DNA of 64,000 nucleotides from an uncultured Planctomycetales bacterium (GTDB lineage Bacteria; Omnitrophota; Gorgyraeia; Gygaellales; Profunditerraquicolaceae). Shown here in pieces: positions 1 through 8,343 of this stretch. Each line of letters starts with the position of its first letter. Position 1 is the stretch's first letter. The DNA lies in contig CAZYCL010000004.1 in the NCBI GenBank assembly GCA_964645795.1, forward strand, positions 21,830 to 85,829, written 5' to 3'. The notes under the pieces are model-generated. The model was not told where the DNA came from. It saw only the letters and a list, made by a program, of their open reading frames with translations, and ran no database searches. The translations under genes and the position numbers were made by a program.

Positions 1-219
1 AGGCAAAGCAGCTTGAGCGATTTCGGGAACGCCGGTGGAGCGCCAGCGACAAAACCGGCGCGGCGATGCTGTTTGAGCGGCTTTTGTTAGAACAAAAGCC
101 GCGAGTTCAGCAGCCGCCGAAAACGCGAAAGACCTTTGCCGGCACCGCCAAAGGCGGTGTAAAAGCGACCTGAGCGAGAAGCTTGGCAGATTCATTTAAA
201 AGTAAATTGCTTTCAGGAG

Positions 220-777
220 GTGCTTATGTGCCTTTGCAATACGCTCAACAAAATAATGAAACCTTTTGTTAATAAAATAGCCGTGCGATATTATGCTCAG
301 CGTCAAAAAAAGTCACAACAGGAAGATGATTGGATTAAGGCGGAGGCTGAGGTTAAAAGGAGTTTAGCTGGTTTGTTATATTTGTTCGCGGGAGCTTTAT
401 TAATCATAAAAGTGCCTCTTGTGTCCGAAAATATTATAAAGTTAATTGGCTGGTTAATTAAGTTGATTGGGAAAATACCCAGTAACCAGGAAGTCTATGT
501 TTGGTGTATAGGTTGGTCAGCCATCGGCTTGGGGGCCGGTTTAATCAATACTCGAAATCACCAATATGGAAATTGGTATACGCAACATTTAGGATATTGT
601 GGATTTGTGTTAATAGTTATATCGACCTTAGCATACACGCTTCCTTTGTACTTTAATAATAATTTAGCTAGCCCGGGAGATAAATACTATTTGTTTTCCA
701 TGTTAATTGGTTTAATAGGAGGGTTCTTAGGAGATAGCCTCCATTCAATAGCAGAAAGATTTGTAGGTAAAAAGTAA
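220..777 (+). CDS. hypothetical integral membrane protein (4-5 predicted TM helices)
   Basis: ORF of 185 aa with several long hydrophobic stretches. AGGAGG RBS 8 nt upstream of the ATG. AT-rich relative to the rest of the window. No recognisable family motif. Confidence 0.3.
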   Translation: MLMCLCNTLNKIMKPFVNKIAVRYYAQRQKKSQQEDDWIKAEAEVKRSLAGLLYLFAGALLIIKVPLVSENIIKLIGWLIKLIGKIPSNQEVYVWCIGWSAIGLGAGLINTRNHQYGNWYTQHLGYCGFVLIVISTLAYTLPLYFNNNLASPGDKYYLFSMLIGLIGGFLGDSLHSIAERFVGKK

Positions 778-901
778 AATAGATTTATTTTGTATGGATT
801 ACGCCATAAGATAAATAACTGAAGTTTCTAGTTACGGCAACGATTAATGATAGGCAAACTGGCAAAAGAATTGGCCAATGGGGTAATGCCCAAGGGGGGC
901 T

Positions 902-1360
902 ATGGGGCAGGCTACTTCCGGATATAATGTGTTAGGAAGCCAGATAATGTTCTACGGGGGCGTCGGGCTGATGCTCGCATTAGCCGTGGGCGCGCTTGTA
1001 TTCGCTTATAAGCTGATACCCAGGACAATAAAATCCAGGGTATGCCCGGTGGAAGATTTTATGCGCGCAGCCAAAATCGCCATTTACCTGCCGCGGGATA
1101 GCGATATTATTATTAAACCGGATTCTAAATATTTCTCCGAGTTGATCGGAAATTTTATTGCCGATAAAAAGCCGCCAGCCGGGTCGGTTGTTTACCGCGG
1201 CAAATTATCCTTGTGGGTAAAAGGCAGGCGCTATGCGATAGAGGTGTCGCCGGAGGGATGGAATTTTGAAGGAGAAGAGCCGGGTACCAGGAGCTTACGT
1301 AATCCCGCGCGGGCGATGGAAATTATAGATTCGATCAAAGAAGAGCATTCCAAGAAATAA
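902..1360 (+). CDS. hypothetical protein with N-terminal transmembrane anchor
   Basis: ORF of 152 aa with a G-rich RBS upstream. One N-terminal hydrophobic helix, then a charged soluble region. No family recognised. Confidence 0.3.
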   Translation: MGQATSGYNVLGSQIMFYGGVGLMLALAVGALVFAYKLIPRTIKSRVCPVEDFMRAAKIAIYLPRDSDIIIKPDSKYFSELIGNFIADKKPPAGSVVYRGKLSLWVKGRRYAIEVSPEGWNFEGEEPGTRSLRNPARAMEIIDSIKEEHSKK

Positions 1361-1405
1361 TCGACGGTGCGCTTACTCACTAACGCATAATAACGGAGCG
1401 ACAAA

Positions 1406-2155
1406 ATGGAAATGAAGAAAGATGTGCATCTGACAGGCAAGGACCTGACGGCGATGGTGCAATTGCGGCCGCAGGATGTGGGAAAATACGCGATCGTGCC
1501 CGGGCCGCGGGACAGGCTTGAGGTCTTACTGAAGAAGATCGAGAATCCGGTGAAGAACTTCTCTTTTATGGAATATTCCATGTATACCGGAACGCTTGGC
1601 GGGATAAAGGTCAGCGCTATAAATGGAGGAAGGTTCTCTACCGATACCTCCATAACTACCGAAGTAATGTGTAACGCCCAAATCCCCAATATTATCCGTA
1701 TCGGCACCTGCGGGGCCCTCGATGAGAATATCAAGGTCGGAGACCTGATCGTGGTGGATAAGGTGCTGCGCGGAGACGGGGTGACCCCTTATTATGTGGA
1801 TTCTAAATTCGAGACTAAAGCCGATAGAAAAATCGCCGATACTTTATTTGAAGTAGCTAAGGGTATGGGCGTCAATGTTCACCGCGGCACAACCTGGACC
1901 ACCGATGCGCTTTTGCGCGAAACCAGGGAGTTAGTCGAGGCCAAGCGCAAAGAAGGCGCGATAGCAGTAGATATGGTATCATCGACGCTGATAACCATAG
2001 CCCAGACTTACAACATCAAGGCTGGCTCGATTTTGGCGGTAAGCGATAACGTGATCACCGCAGAGATGGGCTTCATGAACCCGCTCTATTATATGGCGGA
2101 GTCGAACCTGATCACGATAGCGCTGGAGGCAGTTAAGAAGCTGGAAGGAAAGTAA
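1406..2155 (+). CDS. nucleoside phosphorylase, PNP/UDP family 1 (DeoD-type); candidate 5'-methylthioadenosine / 5'-deoxyadenosine phosphorylase
   Basis: Motifs align with DeoD/UDP phosphorylases: 'YAIVPGPRDR' matches 'MPGDPLRA'; 'RIGTCGAL' matches 'RVGSCGA'; 'VDMVSST...SDN' matches 'VEMEAA...SDH'. First gene of an operon that continues with MtnA. Confidence 0.65.
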   Translation: MEMKKDVHLTGKDLTAMVQLRPQDVGKYAIVPGPRDRLEVLLKKIENPVKNFSFMEYSMYTGTLGGIKVSAINGGRFSTDTSITTEVMCNAQIPNIIRIGTCGALDENIKVGDLIVVDKVLRGDGVTPYYVDSKFETKADRKIADTLFEVAKGMGVNVHRGTTWTTDALLRETRELVEAKRKEGAIAVDMVSSTLITIAQTYNIKAGSILAVSDNVITAEMGFMNPLYYMAESNLITIALEAVKKLEGK

Positions 2156-2264
2156 CATTCGTTTGTATCGCGTATTGTGTTGTGCGTATTGTGTAAAATC
2201 TTAAAGCCTTTAAGTTTTACGCACGACGCAAAACACATGATGCAATACGGAACAGGAATAAAAG

Positions 2265-3194
2265 ATGAACTATTCACCTTTATTCTGGCCGATAAAATTG
2301 GAAGGCAGCGTCATCCATATCCTGGATGAAACGCAGCTGCCAAAGAAGCTTGTCTATATCAAGGCCCGGGATCATAAGCAGGCCATAAAGGCCATAAAAG
2401 AGATGAAGACCCGGGCAGTGGGCCAGGTGCTTTTGGTGATGTATATCTTCCTATTGGTAGCCAGGAAAAATAAAGGCAAGAAGAATCTTATTTCTACGTT
2501 AGAGAAGCTCGCTTCCCAGATAAATTCCAGCCGTCCGACGCTGCCTTTTAAAGTCCTGACAGATATGGTGTTGGGCTGGGCAGCGGGCGAGGCGCCTTTA
2601 GAGAAAAGCATCCAGGGTTTTCTTGAAGGCCTGAAGGCCAGGCGCCTGGAGCAGGCCAGGAAAGCCGCCCAGATGCTCGATAATAAAGATGCGGTGCTTA
2701 CTCACTGCAATATCAGCGGACTGATGCCGCTAATAGGAGAGTTGGCGCGCCAGCAGGGAAAGTCCATAAGCTTCTTTGTCACCGAGACCCGCCCCTATCT
2801 GCAGGGGTCGCGCCTCACCGCCTGGGAGTTGCAGCGCGCGGGCTTTGACGTGACGGTGATCTGCGACAATATGGTAGCCCAGGTGATGCACGAGGCCAAG
2901 ATAAAGAAAGTTATCGTGGGTGCGGACCACCTGGCCAGAAACGGCGATATCGCCAATAAGATCGGCACCTACCAGATAGCCCTGCTTGCCAGGCATTTTC
3001 ATATACCTTTTTATGTGATATGCCCTCCGGCATCAAAGGCGGAGAGCGGGCGCGATATCGTCATTGAAGTGCGCCCGGATAAAGAAGTGCTGGAGTATAA
3101 GGGGATGGCCTTTGCGCCAAAAGGGGCAAAGGCGTATTATCCGGCCTTTGACGTTACGCCGCGCGAACTTATTACCATGCATATCTATTTATAG
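2265..3194 (+). CDS. mtnA: S-methyl-5-thioribose-1-phosphate / 5-deoxyribose-1-phosphate isomerase (MtnA, eIF-2B alpha/beta/delta family)
   Basis: Characteristic MtnA motifs 'VTETRPYLQGSRLTAWEL', 'VGADHLARNGDIANKIGTYQIAL' and 'PAFDVTP'. Ends with a TAG stop. Confidence 0.8.
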   Translation: MNYSPLFWPIKLEGSVIHILDETQLPKKLVYIKARDHKQAIKAIKEMKTRAVGQVLLVMYIFLLVARKNKGKKNLISTLEKLASQINSSRPTLPFKVLTDMVLGWAAGEAPLEKSIQGFLEGLKARRLEQARKAAQMLDNKDAVLTHCNISGLMPLIGELARQQGKSISFFVTETRPYLQGSRLTAWELQRAGFDVTVICDNMVAQVMHEAKIKKVIVGADHLARNGDIANKIGTYQIALLARHFHIPFYVICPPASKAESGRDIVIEVRPDKEVLEYKGMAFAPKGAKAYYPAFDVTPRELITMHIYL

Positions 3195-3203
3195 GAAGGG
3201 AGA

Positions 3204-4211
3204 ATGATGTTTTCAAGCAGAGAAAGGAAATTAAGGAAAGAGCTTATCGTGACAGGCAGAGAAATTTATAAAATGCGCCTTGTAGCGGCAAGCTCGGGCA
3301 ACCTAAGCGTGCGTCTTGATGACGAGCATATTTTGATCACCTCTACGGGTTCGATGCTGGGGAGGCTTGCTCCCGGAGACGTCTTGAAGGTAAATTTTAT
3401 TTCAGCCACCAAAGACGCAAAAAAGCGCGTTACTTCGGAGTTCCCGCTGCATCAGCTTATCCATAAGAACTTCCCCGGCAAGGCCGTAGTGCACTGCCAT
3501 CCGGCCCTGACTAACGGATATTTTGCGGTATGCTCCGATATCAAAATGCTTACCTTTGAAGGCAAGCTGTATCTGTCGAGCGTGCCGGTAGTCATTCAAG
3601 AAACGCCGGCGGTGACCAGGCCCGAAGAGGTAGTCGAAGCATTGAAGTCCAGCAATATCGTGATGCTTAAGAACCACGGGGTTTTAAGCATTGCAGAAAA
3701 CTTCCATAGCGCGCTTAATCTGGTTGAGATGTTGGAGGAGGCGGTAAGGAGCGCGGGGCTGGCTCGTCTGTTCAAAAAAAATATCCTGGATGAACTTGAT
3801 AAAGAGTTAAAAGAAGATTTTGCGCAGGATGCGGCATATCCGATGTTCAGCCACCAACACATCCAGGCAATCGTCGATTTGGTCAATAGAGATGAGTTTA
3901 TCTCACAAAAGGGTAAAGAGATGGACCTCACCGTAGAGCTGGCGATATGCCTGGACGGCACGGATAAAACCTTTAAGTTCAGCTTTGAAAAAGGTAGAAT
4001 AGTGAAGTTAGAGAACGACGCGCAGGCGCCGTTCGTCATCTCGGCGCCGGCGGAAGTCTGGCAGCAGGTGTTTTTGGGAAAGCTCGATTCGTTTGTCGCG
4101 GTGACTCAGGGCAAGATGAAGCTTAAAGGAGAGCTGGGCAAGCTTTCGCGCTGGTATGTGCCTTTTAGCAGGCTCTTTGAGCTATTTAGAAAAGTAAAGA
4201 TCAGCCTTTAA
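3204..4211 (+). CDS. class II aldolase/adducin-domain protein (MtnB/Ald2/DrdA/FucA-like) fused to C-terminal SCP2 sterol-carrier domain
   Basis: N-terminal ~200 aa carries class II aldolase signatures ('AASSGNLSVR', 'HCHP', 'LKNHGVLSIAENF'). C-terminal ~110 aa ends in SCP2-like 'LGKLDSFVAVTQGKMKLKGELGKLSRW'. The fusion is unusual. Confidence 0.65.
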   Translation: MMFSSRERKLRKELIVTGREIYKMRLVAASSGNLSVRLDDEHILITSTGSMLGRLAPGDVLKVNFISATKDAKKRVTSEFPLHQLIHKNFPGKAVVHCHPALTNGYFAVCSDIKMLTFEGKLYLSSVPVVIQETPAVTRPEEVVEALKSSNIVMLKNHGVLSIAENFHSALNLVEMLEEAVRSAGLARLFKKNILDELDKELKEDFAQDAAYPMFSHQHIQAIVDLVNRDEFISQKGKEMDLTVELAICLDGTDKTFKFSFEKGRIVKLENDAQAPFVISAPAEVWQQVFLGKLDSFVAVTQGKMKLKGELGKLSRWYVPFSRLFELFRKVKISL

Positions 4212-4229
4212 AATTACGGAGGTGCGATA

Positions 4230-5018
4230 ATGGATTGGGGTATGAAGAACCGGCTGCAGAGGCTTATTCCCGACGGCAAGTGTTTTTTTATGCCGATAGA
4301 CCACGGCTACTTTCAGGGGCCGACCCGCTGCCTGGAGAAGCCAGGGGAGACTATCAAGCCTTTGCTTAAGTATTGTGACGGGCTGTTTGTCAGCCGCGGG
4401 GTATTGCGCTCATGCGTGGATACTGCAATTGAAAAGCCGATAATCCTGCGCGTTTCCGGAGGGACAAGCATGGCCGGAAAAGACTTGGCCAACGAAGTGA
4501 TCACTACCTCTATCGAAGAGATCGTGCGGCTTAATGCCAGTGCCGTAGGCGTATCGGTATTTGTGGGCAGCGATTACGAAAAACAAACCCTGCAGAACCT
4601 GGCGGGCCTGGTAAATGAATGCGAAGGTTACGGCATACCGGTCATGGCTGTAACGGCAGTAGGAAAAGAGATGGAGAAGCGCGAAGCCCGTTACCTTGCC
4701 CTTGCCTGCCGCATCTGCGCCGAGCTTGGCGCCAAGGTCGTCAAGACCTACTGGTGCGAAAAGGATTTTGACAAAGTGGTAGCGGGGTGTCCGGTGCCGG
4801 TAGTTGTTGCCGGCGGGCCGAAGTGCGAGAGCGAAAAAGAAGTGTTTGAGTTCGTCCATGACGGGATGCAAAAAGGGGCGATAGGTATAAACCTGGGCAG
4901 GAATGTCTGGCAGAGCCCGCATCCGGCGGCAGTTGCCAAAGCCTTAAGGGCGATAGTGCACGAAAAAGCATCGGTGAAGCAGGCGCTGGGTATATTCGCT
5001 GAAGCAAAAAAGAGCTAA
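4230..5018 (+). CDS. DhnA/FbaB-family class I aldolase (ADH-synthase / LsrF-like)
   Basis: 262 aa. TIM-barrel class I aldolase pattern with candidate Schiff-base lysine context 'KVVKTYW' and 'GAIGINLGRNVWQ'. Resembles archaeal-type DhnA aldolases. Confidence 0.6.
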   Translation: MDWGMKNRLQRLIPDGKCFFMPIDHGYFQGPTRCLEKPGETIKPLLKYCDGLFVSRGVLRSCVDTAIEKPIILRVSGGTSMAGKDLANEVITTSIEEIVRLNASAVGVSVFVGSDYEKQTLQNLAGLVNECEGYGIPVMAVTAVGKEMEKREARYLALACRICAELGAKVVKTYWCEKDFDKVVAGCPVPVVVAGGPKCESEKEVFEFVHDGMQKGAIGINLGRNVWQSPHPAAVAKALRAIVHEKASVKQALGIFAEAKKS

Positions 5019-5023
5019 ATTCC

Positions 5024-6055
5024 ATGAAAGTAGCAATGTACTACAACAACCGGGATGTGCGCATCCAGGAGATGCCCAAGCCCGAGATCGGCCCTGACGA
5101 GCTCCTGGTAAAGGTCGTCTCCAGCGGTATCTGCGGCAGCGATGTCCTGGAGTGGTACAGGCTGAAAAAAGCGCCGCTGGTCCTGGGGCATGAGATATCC
5201 GGCGAGATCGCGGAAGTAGGCAGCGAGGTGAGCGGCCATAAAGTAGGTGAGCGCGTTTTTGTCTCCCATCATGTACCCTGCAACCGCTGCCGTTATTGCC
5301 TCAGCGGCAATCACACCGTCTGCTCAACCCTGCATACTACCAACTTCTATCCCGGCGGATTCGCAGAATACCTGCGTGTGCCGGCGCTTAACGTTGACCG
5401 TGGGACATTTATATTACCCGAAGAGGTATCTTTTGACGAAGCTACTTTCATCGAGCCGTTGGGTTGCGTCATACGCGGCCAGAGGCTCGCAGAGCTTAAG
5501 ACCGGCCAGACAGTATTGATACTGGGAGCGGGGATCTCCGGGCTCCTGCATTTATTGACTGCCAAGATTAACGGCGCCGCAAGGATTTTGGCTACCGATA
5601 TCAGCGACTTTAGGTTGAAAACCGCCAAAAACCTGGGGGCTGATGCGGTAATCAACGCCCAGGAAGACGTGCTGGAAATATTGCGGGAGCTAAATGACGG
5701 ACGGGGCGCAGACCTGGTGATCATCTGCACGGGCGCGTATCCTGCGTTTCTGCAGGGGCTGCAGTGCGTAGATAAGGCCGGCACCATACTTTGTTTTGCC
5801 GCAACCGAACCCGAAGTGACCCTGCCCGTGCCGGTAAATGATTTCTGGCGCCAGAGCATAAAAATAATCCATTCTTACGGCGCAGCACCCCTTGATCTAC
5901 AGACCGCTATCGACCTTTTATCCGGCAAAAAAGTTGCGGTAGAAGATCTTATTACCCATAGACTGCCGCTTGCTCAGACAGGACTGGGGTTCAAATTAGT
6001 CGCCGAGGCTAAAGACTGCATCAAGGTGATCATTCGGCCGCACAAAACCGCATAA
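5024..6055 (+). CDS. Zn-dependent alcohol dehydrogenase (MDR superfamily)
   Basis: 'GICGSDV', 'GHEISGEI' and structural-Zn cysteine cluster 'CNRCRYCLSGNHTVC'. Rossmann motif 'LILGAGISG'. Confidence 0.8.
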   Translation: MKVAMYYNNRDVRIQEMPKPEIGPDELLVKVVSSGICGSDVLEWYRLKKAPLVLGHEISGEIAEVGSEVSGHKVGERVFVSHHVPCNRCRYCLSGNHTVCSTLHTTNFYPGGFAEYLRVPALNVDRGTFILPEEVSFDEATFIEPLGCVIRGQRLAELKTGQTVLILGAGISGLLHLLTAKINGAARILATDISDFRLKTAKNLGADAVINAQEDVLEILRELNDGRGADLVIICTGAYPAFLQGLQCVDKAGTILCFAATEPEVTLPVPVNDFWRQSIKIIHSYGAAPLDLQTAIDLLSGKKVAVEDLITHRLPLAQTGLGFKLVAEAKDCIKVIIRPHKTA

Positions 6056-6057
6056 AC

Positions 6058-7500
6058 ATGAGCCTTAAACAAAAGATAACGAACCCTTCGAACGCAGAAA
6101 CGATCGCTGAGGTTGATCTTCTGGAGGGTAAAGGAATCCTGCAGAAGCTCTCTGCTGCCAGAAAGGCCTTTGACAAAGGGCCGTGGAGCGGGTTTTCGCT
6201 TTCGCAAAGGAAAGAGGTGATCTTAAAGATCAGCCAGGGTATACTGGATAAGGCAGCAGAGCTTGCTGCCTTAGAGACGCGCAACTCCGGCAAACCCATA
6301 AAAGAGACTACTTTTATGGATATACCTTCCAGCTCCAAGACCTTTGAATACTTCGGCAATAACCTCGAAAGGCTTTTGGCGGATGAAGAAGTGGGGATAT
6401 CCGCGGAGGCAGAGGCCCGGCTCCTGCGTCAGCCCCACGGGGTTGTAGTCCTGATCGTCCCGTGGAATTATCCTCTGCTTATTGCCTCCTGGAAAGCGGC
6501 GCAGGCGCTTGCCGCCGGCAATACCGTGCTTTTAAAACCATCAGGCCTTACTCCGCTAACCGCTATGGAATTGGAAAAGATAATTCTTGAAAGCGGGATC
6601 CCTGAAGGGGTATTTAGCGTAGTCAATGCTACCGGAGATATGGTGGGTGAGCTTCTGTGCGCCGACAAGCATGTTGATATGGTGTCCTTTACCGGTTCAA
6701 ACGAGGTGGGCAGGAAGATCGTCGCCTACGGCACAAGGTTTGCCAAGAAGATGATCATGGAGCTTGGCGGGAAATCCGCCTCCATCGTTATGGATGACGC
6801 GGATATCGAGGTGGCGGTGAACAGCTCGCTTTGTTCCATATTCCTGAACCAGGGGCAGATGTGCACGGCGATGTCGCGTATATTGGTGGATGCCAGGATT
6901 TACGATAGGTTTCTGGAGAGCTTTGCGGCCAAGGCCCGGCGCATCAAGCTGGGCCCCGCAGATGATTTCGAAACCCAGATGGGGCCGCTTATTTCGCATA
7001 ATCAGCGCCTTAAAGTTTTAGATTTTATAGAGAGGGCCAAGAGGGAAGGCGCCAGGGTTGTTTCTGGAGGCAGGATCCCGGAAGCCCCCGCCCTGAAAAA
7101 GGGTTTTTTCTTCGAGCCTACGGTATTGTCCGAGACAACTTCAGCAATGCATATCTTCCAGGAGGAGGTCTTCGGGCCGGTGGCCTGCGTGAGCAAATTC
7201 TCAAGCGTCAATGAAGCAGTTGAGTTAGCCAACTTTACCGATTATGGCCTGGCAGCCTGTGTATGGTCGGCGGATAAATCAAAGGCTCAAAGCATCGGGG
7301 CGCGCATAAATGCCGGGATCTGCTGGATAAATACTTACGGCATGTTCTTCAATGAACTCCCTTACGGCGGGTTCAAACAGAGCGGTTTCGGAAAAGAGCT
7401 GGGCCGCGAGGGCTTCTTGGAGTATAGCCGCCTTAAGAACATGGTCATCGATAAGAGCAAGGATGGCAGGCCCCTGGTGAATTATTGGTACGGTTTCTAG
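6058..7500 (+). CDS. NAD(P)+-dependent aldehyde dehydrogenase
   Basis: ALDH signatures 'ELGGKSA' and catalytic-Cys region 'QGQMCTA'. Also 'GFKQSGFGKELG' and 'LIVPWNYP'. Confidence 0.85.
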   Translation: MSLKQKITNPSNAETIAEVDLLEGKGILQKLSAARKAFDKGPWSGFSLSQRKEVILKISQGILDKAAELAALETRNSGKPIKETTFMDIPSSSKTFEYFGNNLERLLADEEVGISAEAEARLLRQPHGVVVLIVPWNYPLLIASWKAAQALAAGNTVLLKPSGLTPLTAMELEKIILESGIPEGVFSVVNATGDMVGELLCADKHVDMVSFTGSNEVGRKIVAYGTRFAKKMIMELGGKSASIVMDDADIEVAVNSSLCSIFLNQGQMCTAMSRILVDARIYDRFLESFAAKARRIKLGPADDFETQMGPLISHNQRLKVLDFIERAKREGARVVSGGRIPEAPALKKGFFFEPTVLSETTSAMHIFQEEVFGPVACVSKFSSVNEAVELANFTDYGLAACVWSADKSKAQSIGARINAGICWINTYGMFFNELPYGGFKQSGFGKELGREGFLEYSRLKNMVIDKSKDGRPLVNYWYGF

Positions 7501-7503
7501 GCC

Positions 7504-8343
7504 ATGGCGAGATTTCCGGATAAAAGAAAAAAGATACTCGTTATTCTCCTTTCCCTGGCGGTGCTTGGGCTGATATGGTTGCTGGATCATGTCAGCTGGC
7601 AGGGCCTGTCTTTTATCATGTTATACCTGGGGCCGATATTCATCGCTACCTGGTTTGCCGGGGCCATGGCAGGGGCGGGGATATCCCTATGTTCTTCGGC
7701 GATTTGGTCCTTCGATGATTTCGTAGTCTGCCGCAGCGGGGAAGGTTTACACATACCGTTTATAAACACCGCGGTCACATTCCTTTTCTTTCTGCTTTTG
7801 GTATTTTTCATTAGCCGCATCAAGCGTACGCTCGTCCTGGAGGAAGAGTACGCCAACACCGATTATCTTACCAAGGCATATAACGGGAGGTTCTTTCGCT
7901 AGGTGGCCGGTATCGAGATCAAAAAGGCGCGCCGCTTTAAACGCCCCTTTACGATTATGTACTTTGACCTGGATAATTTCAAAGGCGTCAACGATAACTT
8001 CGGCCACAGTGAGGGGGATGCGCTACTGAAAAGGGTGGCGGAGATGGTGAAGCTGGCTGTGCGCTCGATCGATATATTTGCCCGTATCGGAGGGGATGAG
8101 TTTGCCGTGCTTATGCCGGATACGGATTATAACGGCTCGGAGCTTGTGGCCAAGCGCATCCAGGAATGGGTCTTCAGGGTCGCCCAGGAGAAGAACTGGC
8201 CGGTCACCGCCAGCATCGGGCTGGTTACCTGCATCGAAACCCCCGCTACTGCCGATGAGATGATCAAATGGGCGGATACTGTAATGTACCGGGCAAAAAA
8301 CGGCGGGAAAAACAGGATCGTACATGAAGAGTGCAAGGCTTGA
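7504..8343 (+). pseudogene. membrane-anchored GGDEF diguanylate cyclase interrupted by a single in-frame TAG (7900-7902)
   Basis: ORF 7504-7902 ends '...DYLTKAYNGRFFR*' and ORF 7903-8343 continues in the same frame with 'VAGIEIKKARRFKRPFTIMYFDLDNFKGVND...IGGDEFAVL'. Together they form one uninterrupted GGDEF domain. TAG is used as a genuine stop by mtnA and the ALDH. Confidence 0.6.

Noticed and set aside
7900-7902. In-frame TAG in the GGDEF gene as a possible recoded sense codon (amber reassignment)
   Set aside because: TAG is used as a normal terminator by at least mtnA (3192-3194) and the aldehyde dehydrogenase (7498-7500) in the same window. A nonsense mutation or sequencing error is far more likely.
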